Below, one piece after another: positions 48,101-55,771 of a stretch of 64,000 bases of DNA; positions within the stretch are counted from its first letter, which is position 1, and each line of letters begins with the position of its first letter. Both the position numbers and the translations under genes were made by a program. The notes beneath the pieces are model-generated. The model searched no databases. It saw only the letters and a program-made list of their open reading frames with translations, and was not told the DNA's origin. The stretch is from sequence record OV032902.1, one strand, 5' to 3'.

Positions 48101-48994
48101 GGTCGCGGTATGCGTATCAGTCTTCCGGCAGGTAACCTAGATGAAACTGATAATGTGTACATCAATTTAGATATTGAAACATATTCTCCGCTTCTAGTTT
48201 ATCGTACTGGTCCATTTAGTCCGCGCTGGAAAGTATCGGACATGATGGGTAGTATTATCGAGCTTCGTCCTGCTAACAGTGGCACGGGTTGGGTAGCCAA
48301 TGAAACACGTACAGCTAGTCGCGATGACTTTGGTCCATTGCGCAAAGTAGACGGCAATACCCGTTTACGTAGTACGGCTCGCGACCCTCGTGAGATGCAC
48401 GTTGATGAAATCTTAACCAAGCGTCATGTTGATTCATACCGTAAAGTTAAGACAGGTACATTTACTGGTGAAGCTACAACAGAGTCACTTGTAGAGTTAT
48501 TTTACGCTAAGTTTAATGACGACTTTGGTATTTCCTTTGGTGCATTTGTTGAAGGTAACCAGGGCGGATTTGTCCCTGTTGTTCAGATGCGTGACTATGT
48601 TTCTAGCGGTAACTATGGCTGTCAAAGCTTCTTCCGATGTAATAGTTCGGGCGGAGACGGTTCTTCTCAGAACAAAGTCTTTATGATTGAGTTAGAGAAA
48701 AGTAGTTCACTAACTAAGAACCGTATACGTACATTTGGTGGCGACGACATGGATGGCGTAACAGACGTTGCTGATTTAGATGGCGTCATGCACCCTTATG
48801 GTTGTACTGGACACTTCGAATTCCAGATTTTCACCATTAGTACTAGTGGCCTGGAATACCAAGCAGCTAAAGGTTCAATCCGTTTTGCTTCTTTTGATGC
48901 AGCAAGGGATCAGAACTCACAAGTTGTTCAATACATTGCGGAAATCGAGTACATTACTCGTGAGCAAGATATCCAGGATGATACTAGCTGGTAA
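42146..48994 (+). CDS. 2282-aa modular tail fibre/receptor-binding protein
   Basis: N-terminal F.....PLD.R.VV..Y.G head; six copies of TRDPT..DD...VNQ.W.NE..G..F.C.DAT.GAAVW separating variable beta-propeller and jelly-roll-like domains. Confidence 0.75.
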   Translation: MSYVTNFPGGFQSSTDKPLDYRAVVDDISALEAVVLQTVYIGLVIYDKATGKHYEIKGTDGTQAGLVYSVFGQGSDSDSALADIITTRNPTKSDDADSSEFTVNALTSWLNKDTGELFLCTDNTAGAANWIRYVTEGDLTGLTPGNTFVIEELNIPVNAPADSNYEFNISLPNLTAYVNSTIDLFVNDELLVSTPLVMNTDDYVITAPLKKNDKVEFRMGLSGNVPIEVLGLGNGSEVAEFLPNGDIISASSASSDPDIRRINTKDGTISSVIETGLPSAFISESGSIRLTVDSEGTLFASRNSRTSDEIYFLKLGSNSWETLTIPEGAITCRWLSMYDEDHLLNVDSDNQLLQKINKVTGQSSPVSNVPGTIATNWRSRYVGNGQLLFTRGTSLGPILFDTVNETTLIDFWATAGEIVFGSNEQFYGGDKVEDDVFIFNTLNMDNHYLCRKGKWEIDAGPLNSSRNVAVSDLGVYFYPAASTTLASTLRLYSHADSFRASAYAEPTAYFAPTLDLAFGILETRDPIETDDSASVTYDIAVNQTWKNETTGSVFVCADATPGAAVWKKYVTEDELPGKSTLNLMRFPELRVSVDLETAVPDETTPHQFSTLDLTIPKDGKYHLGGSFPISGLNLPPMSTSQAGSAITNFCLDLMLFRDSTLSPLVRGDISIMTNDVTQDNYDFFGKASFDEILDLKAGDVLTWQFYTTSNIPPTADAFLFINPTDGNSVASQGHKSAPWLRELEVATYLPAGDYTYGIKSTRDPGPTDDENSTDFAIAINQVWFNETNGKTFVCQDATADNAVWNAYVTADQIPGFQDTQYVSLTDVTQFATVSETALHRFGITLAGTDLSGATLWMTVNGNDAIQFDLSGLTGAGTRMYSTDQFTALNKDDVIAFRWVPNGAVISSFGFAGGIQPTTYYAPLKDFELGIKETRDPTPNDDENSPGLFIQVNQIWHNEATASIFVCTDATVGAAVWKRMVTENDLPGFDDTSTFSLTGPDDVFVAPHDRDYTAEISISGLNLDKVDFWVKVNDSAVFTLSSSDISPGNTSALATVPLSLSTGDSVSLDYTNKAELTDITGNLPTSATGAIYILGNYYYNVDPTNNELRRASVSNTSSWTDNWTTPNGQVINMTSADVYNAQFSEGFLFVIDRTTDKLYRFDKEGNANIWENSGLESNTNPIYFSSEDRQTYLWDTANKIIERSTGSSGAWSTVYNANNDPNNTTNTLDFMEAVNGEIYFLSRTDGVLKRVVNTNLSVDVGTVENPAEVIGSLTFGFAAEEMNQFIFGDRSGDKLVTYNYVTGEWAYESYYTDGNYRLEALPAGLHSFGRLFFDSDLERLFLVDNFGKLTWLTEGYNFGGMSRARSFDEGIAVFYDTLSQPGDTYYRADFGVITGITVSSKSELRGTYIPTDQFELGIVTDRDPTETDDADSTEFFVVQNQYWQNTANGYTWICKDATPGAAVWKKHVTEDEITGIDFTESYALVIPETVNPTTAVESDPVTITEDKTYRFDIRSRMQVPRGKSVTVEVLKNDAVVWSNTQTTYNYSDSVELPVVTDDIVKLRATLSDTNRWHNSMTNITGPAVTFGDSRGAAATRDFVMMVESSNNSILLAGRDDEWVDVSNEALAPTWSQVYGITADEESFYVIDRGLDQIWQRRNGGLWSQIDGHTFTDLFDIAYAQGKLYCLDEASNSGGSSIEVYDIENDSWSTLTYTGLPTIANARGMTVDPDTGDVFLYDTGATNKEIFKFTAATQTWAAWAMTNRGNPNHYPFHMTIHDGKLWYGDMDETNVIRTIRTIDLVTEVHEDWGAANGQSDDLSRHIRGIAFRDGKLYGGDLLNDTIWSFETYKVGPASAGFGTAPRAHYLPANEINVGIKETRDPTENDDSSSTDYDIKVNQLWLNETNGSFWICKKDTLGAAVWARFSTDTEEIPPIGQRLDVEGGRLISNNGVYWANDASSAGTAANQAVVAEDVTWFMFHSWDDDMIEGRGMRISLPAGNLDETDNVYINLDIETYSPLLVYRTGPFSPRWKVSDMMGSIIELRPANSGTGWVANETRTASRDDFGPLRKVDGNTRLRSTARDPREMHVDEILTKRHVDSYRKVKTGTFTGEATTESLVELFYAKFNDDFGISFGAFVEGNQGGFVPVVQMRDYVSSGNYGCQSFFRCNSSGGDGSSQNKVFMIELEKSSSLTKNRIRTFGGDDMDGVTDVADLDGVMHPYGCTGHFEFQIFTISTSGLEYQAAKGSIRFASFDAARDQNSQVVQYIAEIEYITREQDIQDDTSW

Positions 48995-49006
48995 TTAAGA
49001 TTAAGT

Positions 49007-49044
49007 CCTCTCTCCTTCGGGAGAGAGGCTTTCTTTTTCTTTTG
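49007..49044 (+). terminator. Rho-independent terminator
   Basis: CCTCTCTCC-TTCG-GGAGAGAGG followed by CTTTCTTTTT. Confidence 0.85.
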
Positions 49045-49045
49045 T

Positions 49046-49057
49046 TAAATTTTATAG
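49046..49057 (+). promoter_or_regulatory. Candidate late promoter upstream of the chitinase
   Basis: TAAATTTTATAGGTC, also sharing the GGTC...GACC downstream word with the copy at 40997. Confidence 0.45.
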
Positions 49058-49090
49058 GTCCGATGACCTCGAATTCAAAAGGAGATAAAG

Positions 49091-50764
49091 ATGTTCTTTA
49101 CTATCTTACCTGGCATAATTCACCAGGATAAAGTTATCCGAGAAAACAGTGGTGTTTTACCCACTACGCCGGATGCTGTAGATACTGCGGTACTAGCAAT
49201 TGATACTTCCGCAGATACCGGTACCCAAGGTGACTGGACTACAAGCGCAGCAGTAATTGTATTCGAAGCTACAAATGTAGATAGTCGTGCAACTGCTGTA
49301 GAACTTCACAGTGACACTGCAAAGATAGGTGACTTTACCGAAGCAAATGGTCGCTACCTATATAGTTATAATAACCCTCAGGATGATTCCAAGGTTAGCT
49401 TCAAGATTGTAGTCAAAACACCGGACGGTGATACTGAAACCGCCCTGCAAGAAGTTACTATGGAAGCTCCTGCTCCTGTGGCAAACTATAGCTATATTAA
49501 CTATTACAGTTCTTGGGCTACTAGTTGGTTTAATGCCGCTAATGCTGTTGACCCTAATCATCGTCGTATGGCAAATACTCCAGGTTACTTTAGTGATATC
49601 ATGATTGCTTTCGTTCGTCCTAATATGACCTTCGATAAAACAGCCCCAGACATCACAAGAGTCGCTACAGGCCTGGATTATCCTAATACTGGACCTACTC
49701 CTCATGAAGGTCTTAAGGATGACGTAGAGAAAGCACAGGCCAAAGGACAGAAAGTTCTTGTCTCCGTTGGTGGTGCTACTTATGGTCGTCCTGATATTTC
49801 TGATGCATGGCAAAACATGTATGATGAAGCTAAGTACATTGCTACGGCAGGTACGGGTTCTATTAACCGAGTTAACACACCAACAATGCAATCAATGATT
49901 GAGTTTATTGAGTACTTCAATCTAGATGGCATTGACTTGGACTTTGAGGATGACCCGGCATGGTGGGACGGTCATACAGTTGGTACTACACGATGGCAAA
50001 AGTATCTAGATGTTTATTATCATCTATTGATGTTTAACCATTATGTTGCCGACAGAGCTGCTGCTATCCTAGGCAAGCCTATGGAGAAAGGTACGGCTTG
50101 TTGGTCTACTGGCTGGCACGTTACTCCGGATACCAATGCCGATGTTGCAACTCCAAATGCGTCACATGGTCTTACTTCTGTGTGGGGTGGGCGTGCAGGT
50201 CGTGAGCGTGCAATGTTCGGTGGCTTTACTCATCCGGAACTAGGTGCGGTTAATGCTCGTAACTTTGTGACTAAGTACATTAACATGTCTTATGACTTTG
50301 GTCCACTTGGTAGCTACGCTGATGACACAGAAGCTTTAACTAACGACGTAACATACGACCCAATCAATGTTTATGTTGAGGCTCGTGAAATAGTGACAGA
50401 CATTGATTCAGTTATGACTGTAGGTATCTGTCCTGAGCCTTTCGGATGGCAAGCCGATGGTTCTAAGATGATGGTTAAGGACGCAGACTGTGCTCCTTCT
50501 GGTAACCATCGTACCCGATTATATCGTGACGGCTACAACCGCGTAATCGACAAGCCATTCTCTGCTGAGAACCTGGCCACTCGATTCTTGGATGTAGTTG
50601 GTAATAATGTAAACGATGGCTTTATTTTGTGGGCTGGTTACAAAGTTGCTGGTACTTATACTTATAACGGTACTCCTTCTGCTAACGCTACAACGGCGTC
50701 AAAAGAAATCGCACGAGTACTTGACCTCGCCGATAAAGACAACTCGCACGATATTCATACGTAA
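49091..50764 (+). CDS. GH18 chitinase-like glycoside hydrolase with N-terminal Ig/PKD-like domain
   Basis: YYSSW, IMIAFVRP, KVLVSVGG, catalytic LDGIDLDFE (DxxDxDxE intact), INMSYD, GFILWA; AGGAG RBS; no signal peptide. Confidence 0.9.
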   Translation: MFFTILPGIIHQDKVIRENSGVLPTTPDAVDTAVLAIDTSADTGTQGDWTTSAAVIVFEATNVDSRATAVELHSDTAKIGDFTEANGRYLYSYNNPQDDSKVSFKIVVKTPDGDTETALQEVTMEAPAPVANYSYINYYSSWATSWFNAANAVDPNHRRMANTPGYFSDIMIAFVRPNMTFDKTAPDITRVATGLDYPNTGPTPHEGLKDDVEKAQAKGQKVLVSVGGATYGRPDISDAWQNMYDEAKYIATAGTGSINRVNTPTMQSMIEFIEYFNLDGIDLDFEDDPAWWDGHTVGTTRWQKYLDVYYHLLMFNHYVADRAAAILGKPMEKGTACWSTGWHVTPDTNADVATPNASHGLTSVWGGRAGRERAMFGGFTHPELGAVNARNFVTKYINMSYDFGPLGSYADDTEALTNDVTYDPINVYVEAREIVTDIDSVMTVGICPEPFGWQADGSKMMVKDADCAPSGNHRTRLYRDGYNRVIDKPFSAENLATRFLDVVGNNVNDGFILWAGYKVAGTYTYNGTPSANATTASKEIARVLDLADKDNSHDIHT

Positions 50765-50768
50765 CGAT

Positions 50769-51242
50769 ATGATGAAGCGAGTCCGGTCTAGTTGCGGATT
50801 AGATTCCAGGGCAAAGGGCAAATATAGAGCAACGGAATATAACGCCGAACTCTTACTTGTTGCCCTGGTTCAATCCATCATTGACAAGAAGATAACTAAG
50901 ATAAGAAACATAGGTATCTTTAAGTATGATGAAAACAAAAAAGTGACAGGCTTTGTTCCGTATAACAATCTGTTAAATAGACTTAACGGAAAGAATACAA
51001 AGAACAATATGACTAAGCCCCGATTAGCTTCAAAAGAGCTTAATTATTTAAAAGCCCAAACTGGTCTAATGGATGATGATATCTATCTGACGATTGCATC
51101 TCTTAACACATACATTATGTTGGAGTTAAGGGCGCATCAGACAGTAACGATGCCCAACGTAGGTACGATATCTGTAAACATAATTGCCCCCATCAATGAA
51201 GGAGACTTAGCCCAAGTCGACTTTATGTTTGAGGCAGCTTAA
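50769..51242 (+). CDS. Tandem HU-like domain protein, paralog of 51286-51741
   Basis: Start moved to ATG 50769; KIRNIGIFKY and VTMPNVGTISV; shares G.DSRA.GK...TEYN..LL with its neighbour. Confidence 0.55.
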   Translation: MMKRVRSSCGLDSRAKGKYRATEYNAELLLVALVQSIIDKKITKIRNIGIFKYDENKKVTGFVPYNNLLNRLNGKNTKNNMTKPRLASKELNYLKAQTGLMDDDIYLTIASLNTYIMLELRAHQTVTMPNVGTISVNIIAPINEGDLAQVDFMFEAA

Positions 51243-51285
51243 CGTCAGCGGTTTCCCTCGGTACACCCCCAAAGAGGAGAAAACC

Positions 51286-51741
51286 ATGTTAAGACAAGTA
51301 TCCCGACAAATCGGCACAGATAGCCGAGCACAAGGTAAGTTTAAACCTACCGAATATAATACAGCACTGCTCGTAGAAGCTTTTTTCGATGCTGTTATAA
51401 AAGAAGAGATCACGGAGATACCAGGCGTAGGAAGATTTACGTACGATAGCTCTGGAAAGATCACTCGATTTTCTCCCGTCAGTTCATTCAGTAAACACTT
51501 TCTCAACAACACACGTGTTATGTCAACACATGCATTTGATGAAAATGAGATCGCTATACTGGCAAATAAAACCGGCTTGCTCCGCGATGACATAGAACTT
51601 GCTCTATCGTCACTCACAACATACATGCTAGAACAGCTCGCAGACCATCATGAAATAATGATACCTAATATAGGAAAAATATCCTTCAGCATTATCGTTA
51701 CTTCTAGGCCCCGTGCTACGTTCGAATTTGAAGAAGCGTAA
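51286..51741 (+). CDS. Tandem HU-like domain protein, paralog of 50769-51242
   Basis: Start ATG 51286 (GAGGAG RBS); EIPGVGRFTY and IMIPNIGKISF. Confidence 0.55.
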   Translation: MLRQVSRQIGTDSRAQGKFKPTEYNTALLVEAFFDAVIKEEITEIPGVGRFTYDSSGKITRFSPVSSFSKHFLNNTRVMSTHAFDENEIAILANKTGLLRDDIELALSSLTTYMLEQLADHHEIMIPNIGKISFSIIVTSRPRATFEFEEA

Positions 51742-51747
51742 CAGATA

Positions 51748-51781
51748 CCCTCTGCCTCAGGGCAGGGGGATTATCTTTTTT
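51748..51781 (+). terminator. Rho-independent terminator
   Basis: CCCTCTGCC-TCAG-GGCAGGGGG followed by ATTATCTTTTT. Confidence 0.75.
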
Positions 51782-51823
51782 AACCTGACCTGGAAATTGA
51801 GTAGACTAACAAGGAGAATTAAA

Positions 51824-52594
51824 ATGGGTATTGCTCAATATACAGAAATCGATCTTTTGGCTAATCAAGTAAAACAATTAGAATACGTTGCATCTAACTT
51901 AGAGAGTTGCTGTAACGTACAGATGCAATGTCGCCAAGAAGTATACGATGAAACACATCGCCAAATAAAAGTATCAAAGCTTTTGTTGATAGCTGCACAA
52001 GTTCGTGATGCATTGTTGCATGAAGACGCTGTCTTTTACTTTGACCTTGACGGCATTATCTTTAACTGGCGTAAGCGCATTCTTGAAGAGTATCCGCAAT
52101 TCAAAACGATCGACGAGTTCAATAAGTTCGAACATCGCGACGAGTACATTCAGAAAGCTTACGAAAAGCATCCGACTTGGTTCCGTGATTTGGAATACAT
52201 GAATGCTGCCGCTAAGCGCATTGAAGCTCTAGAAGAAAACGGGGCTCGTGTAGAGTTCTTGACGGCTACTGGTATTTGGGGTAATCCTGAAGAATCAGCC
52301 AAACAGAAAGTTGAAGCACTAGAAGCTTATCTTAAGTATCATGAAATTTACATCCATGGTCTGAATAAGAAAGTCCACGTTGTAACACATAGTGCAGACA
52401 AAGCTCAGTTCGCAAAGAGTAGTCGTACAGTGTTAGTTGATGACTACATCAAGAACGTTAACGAATGGCGCGCAGCGGGCGGTACAGCGGTTCTAGTGGA
52501 CACTGAAGGTAAACCAGAACAAGAGGCATGGGAAATCTATGACTTCGCAGCACACCAACAAGTCGGAGCTCTTGAACGCTACCTTAGTTGGTAG
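51824..52594 (+). CDS. HAD-superfamily 5'(3')-deoxyribonucleotidase-like phosphatase
   Basis: Start ATG 51824 (AGGAG RBS); motif I FYFDLDGII, motif II FLTATG, motif III K, motif IV LVDDYIKNVNEW..AGG. Confidence 0.8.
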   Translation: MGIAQYTEIDLLANQVKQLEYVASNLESCCNVQMQCRQEVYDETHRQIKVSKLLLIAAQVRDALLHEDAVFYFDLDGIIFNWRKRILEEYPQFKTIDEFNKFEHRDEYIQKAYEKHPTWFRDLEYMNAAAKRIEALEENGARVEFLTATGIWGNPEESAKQKVEALEAYLKYHEIYIHGLNKKVHVVTHSADKAQFAKSSRTVLVDDYIKNVNEWRAAGGTAVLVDTEGKPEQEAWEIYDFAAHQQVGALERYLSW

Positions 52595-53126
52595 TCGAGA
52601 TGCACCCCCTACTCCAGATGTACAGCTAAAGGTTTTACAGGCAGCTAACAAGATAGCTAAAGAACTTGTAAGACGAAAGGCCAAAGGATGGAGTGGGGGC
52701 GCTACAGGGATGGACCAGATATGGCGCAAACTATACATAAAGCACGGCGGGGAAGAACTTTTCTGCCAGCTTCTACCATGGCAAGGATTCGAACAGTTTT
52801 ACGAAGACGGGAAAAACAACTTCCTCTTAGATGACTTTATGAATCTATTTGCTTACAATACTCTCTGTGACTGCGGGGTAGTTTGGTTAAACAAACTCTC
52901 TCAAGGTATCCGAAAACTTTATCAGAGAAACGTTTACCAAATCCTTCTTCCTGATTATAGTAAGACTGACGTTGTCTTCTATTATGCACCGGTAAACAAA
53001 CATGGAAAACCTCGCGGAGGAACAGCAATAGCGATTAGGCTGGCTGAGTCTCTCGGAATACCCACCTTTAATCTAGGTGAGCCAGATCAACGCAAAGCTG
53101 CGTTAGAGTATTTAGAAATAGCTTAA
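52539..53126 (+). CDS. SLOG/DprA-like Rossmann-fold protein (true start uncertain, possibly TTG 52572)
   Basis: LVGSRDAP, WSGGATGMD, LPWQGF, RGGTAIAIRLA...GIPTFNL are typical of phage DprA/SLOG-like proteins. Confidence 0.75.
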   Translation: MTSQHTNKSELLNATLVGSRDAPPTPDVQLKVLQAANKIAKELVRRKAKGWSGGATGMDQIWRKLYIKHGGEELFCQLLPWQGFEQFYEDGKNNFLLDDFMNLFAYNTLCDCGVVWLNKLSQGIRKLYQRNVYQILLPDYSKTDVVFYYAPVNKHGKPRGGTAIAIRLAESLGIPTFNLGEPDQRKAALEYLEIA

Positions 53127-53161
53127 CCCTTCTGCCTTCGGGCAGAGGGCTTATTTTTTTT
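53127..53161 (+). terminator. Rho-independent terminator
   Basis: CCCTTCTGCC-TTCG-GGCAGAGGG followed by CTTATTTTTTT. Confidence 0.85.
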
Positions 53162-53246
53162 GTCGAAAAATACCACGGATAAATAATATGGTTGAAACAA
53201 CCAAATTTTAATTCGTCAGAGGGTTGACCCCTTAAGTGAGTTTAAT

Positions 53247-53576
53247 ATGGCTAAAGGTCCAACAAGTTTTTCCGACTTGAGTACTCTAGGTGAGTTACTT
53301 CATTGTCCGGATATGGGCCGTGATGTCGCAACTGCGCATCTCGGAAAATTCATCGGTAACAAAGGGTTAGTAATCGCATGCGATGAGAACCAACTGGTCA
53401 CCAAGGATTTCTGGCGGGCATACCTGTCCGTAAAACATGAGAGGCTTAAAGCTGTAACTAAACTACAACTTGTAGGACTAAACGAAGAGACAGCATTGAA
53501 TCTTGCTTTAGTAATGCATGATATGCGTATCAAACCGCGTAACATAATTTTCGACGGAGAATCATGTAACGCATAA
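53247..53576 (+). CDS. Hypothetical protein
   Basis: 109-aa ORF upstream of the helicase. Confidence 0.65.
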   Translation: MAKGPTSFSDLSTLGELLHCPDMGRDVATAHLGKFIGNKGLVIACDENQLVTKDFWRAYLSVKHERLKAVTKLQLVGLNEETALNLALVMHDMRIKPRNIIFDGESCNA

Positions 53577-53584
53577 TCACGGAG

Positions 53585-55651
53585 ATGAATATCGTGGCCA
53601 CGATAGACGCTGAACTGTTTGAAACAACATCTCCAGCTGCCCGTGCTTTTGACTGGGGCTCTATGTATCGAGAAGATCTAGAGTACGACATTGAAAGCAT
53701 GGATAGCATCTTAAATATTCTCCCGATAGTTCGAGCGGAAGAACGTGACGGCATCATCACAGTAAGTGGTTTCTGGGCTAAGCGCTTGTCCAGTGACATT
53801 CACAAAAACTGGGGCAGTGCACGTGTCACAAACAACATCTTCCTGGAGCTAAATTCACGGAGTTTCCAAATCTATAGTTTCTTCGCCATTGAGGTAGATT
53901 ATATTCTAACTTATCTCATAGACGAAGCTGTACGAGTTAATACGGACCGTATGACTCTGGAGAGTATTCGAGATGCTCTGAGAGAAAAGACGTGGCTAGC
54001 AAACATTAACAATGCTAAGCCTCGTGAACTAAACATGCGTGCATTAAAACGACTTAATGTTACGCCTCTGAAAAACCAGTATGAGTTTCTTGATGTCATA
54101 GCGGAACGTACAACCAGCTATGATCTTCGAGGTCAAGTACTTGCTTCCCCACCGGGCACAGGTAAAACCCTTTCGGGATATATGACTTCCTTAGCACTCG
54201 ACGCGGACATGACGTTATTCATAGTCCCGAAGAACTCTGTGGAAGAAGTATGGGTACAGACTATCAAAGATAACTTCAAAGATAATCCTCGTTACTGGAC
54301 GTCCTTTGATGGGACGATGCCGACAGGCAAGGAAGAATTCCTAATATGTCACTTTGACTTCCTCACTAAGTTAAGTCGTTATCTTAATATCTTTCGCAAC
54401 AAAGAAAGATTGTGTGTTTGGATTGACGAAAGCCATAACTTCAATGAGATCACTGCACAGCGCACGCAGTTTCTTATTGACCTAGTGGATGAAGTTGATC
54501 CATATAACGTAGTATGGGCTTCTGGTACACCTTTCAAAGCGATGGGTAAAGAAGTAGCTCCTATCCTACGTACAATAGATAGACGCTTTACTGAGGAGGT
54601 GATGCGTGCATTCATTGGTATCTTCGGCGCGACTAGGGCAAGAGCTATTGATGTTCTCGCTCATCGCATTGGTAAGTTTACTTATCGTATCGACAAGAAG
54701 GAAGTTGTCGACATCCCGCGTATCGACGTGGAAAACCAAGTCAAAATTCCTGACCCTTCTAGGTATCTGCTTGACAACGTACGTGTTGACTTAAGAGCTT
54801 ATATCGTTCAACGTGTAAAATTCTATACGGAGAAACGAGACGAGATTAAGTCTACGTATGAGCGCCTTCTAGCTAGATCGCAAATCCGTAACTCTGGTTC
54901 TGGACGTGGCACTATTGGCCAATACAAAGCCTACAATGAGAAGATGCATAAACGCTTCTCTATTGATGAGGACATGGATAAGCTAAGATGGTGCAAGAAG
55001 TGGGAAGAGGATAATGTTTATCCAAACCTGTCAAACGAAGACAAGAAGGAATTTAGATACGTCATCTCTCGCCACCGAACGCTTCTGTTGGTAGTACGTG
55101 GTGAAGCACTAGGTAATGTACTTGGTAAGCGACGTATTGAATGTTTTAAAGAGATGGTTAATTACGGTAACGTCGAATATTTTGTACGTACTGCTCGTAA
55201 GAAGACTATGGTCTTTACTAGCTATGTAGAAGTAGCTAAAGAAATTGCACGTCATCTAAAGTCTAAGGGTTATGATGTATCTCTAGTTATCGGGGAAACC
55301 AATAACGACTTTGAGAAGATCATCGGTGACTTCAAGCGAGACCCTCGCAAGAAAGTTGTAGTTGCGACCTACAAGTCATTGTCTACCGCTGTTCCCGTGA
55401 CCCAGGCTTCGGACGTTTATTTAAACGACCCTCCATTCCGACAATATATCTTGGAACAAACAATTTCTAGATCTTTGCGTTTGGGACAAGATGGACCTGT
55501 GCGTGTCATTACCTCTGTACTAGATACCGATGGTATTGATAACTTATCTAGCCGTAACCTGGACATTATGCAATGGTCAGCTGATACGGTGAACGCTATG
55601 CTTGGCATTCAAGATGATTCTAAAATCAATCTTGATGAGCATGCTTCCTAG
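53585..55651 (+). CDS. Superfamily 2 helicase of phiKZ-like phages
   Basis: Walker A SPPGTGKT, motif II IDESH, motif III SGTP, motif VI QTISRSLRLGQ; GGAG RBS. Confidence 0.85.
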   Translation: MNIVATIDAELFETTSPAARAFDWGSMYREDLEYDIESMDSILNILPIVRAEERDGIITVSGFWAKRLSSDIHKNWGSARVTNNIFLELNSRSFQIYSFFAIEVDYILTYLIDEAVRVNTDRMTLESIRDALREKTWLANINNAKPRELNMRALKRLNVTPLKNQYEFLDVIAERTTSYDLRGQVLASPPGTGKTLSGYMTSLALDADMTLFIVPKNSVEEVWVQTIKDNFKDNPRYWTSFDGTMPTGKEEFLICHFDFLTKLSRYLNIFRNKERLCVWIDESHNFNEITAQRTQFLIDLVDEVDPYNVVWASGTPFKAMGKEVAPILRTIDRRFTEEVMRAFIGIFGATRARAIDVLAHRIGKFTYRIDKKEVVDIPRIDVENQVKIPDPSRYLLDNVRVDLRAYIVQRVKFYTEKRDEIKSTYERLLARSQIRNSGSGRGTIGQYKAYNEKMHKRFSIDEDMDKLRWCKKWEEDNVYPNLSNEDKKEFRYVISRHRTLLLVVRGEALGNVLGKRRIECFKEMVNYGNVEYFVRTARKKTMVFTSYVEVAKEIARHLKSKGYDVSLVIGETNNDFEKIIGDFKRDPRKKVVVATYKSLSTAVPVTQASDVYLNDPPFRQYILEQTISRSLRLGQDGPVRVITSVLDTDGIDNLSSRNLDIMQWSADTVNAMLGIQDDSKINLDEHAS

Positions 55652-55686
55652 AGTCTGGCTTAGGAACTGATTCTAGAAAACTGAAA

Positions 55687-55724
55687 CCCTCCTGGCCGAA
55701 AGGCTGGGAGGGCTTTCTCTTTTT
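55687..55724 (+). terminator. Rho-independent terminator
   Basis: CCCTCCTGGCC-GAAA-GGCTGGGAGGG followed by CTTTCTCTTTTT. Confidence 0.85.
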
Positions 55725-55771
55725 ATTCGCTCGTTAAATCCTGTAGTGCAATTCCACTTTTAGGAGACGAA

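Noticed and set aside
49358-49891. 177-aa minus-strand ORF within the chitinase
   Set aside because: Fully overlaps a gene with clear GH18 motifs; no independent signal.
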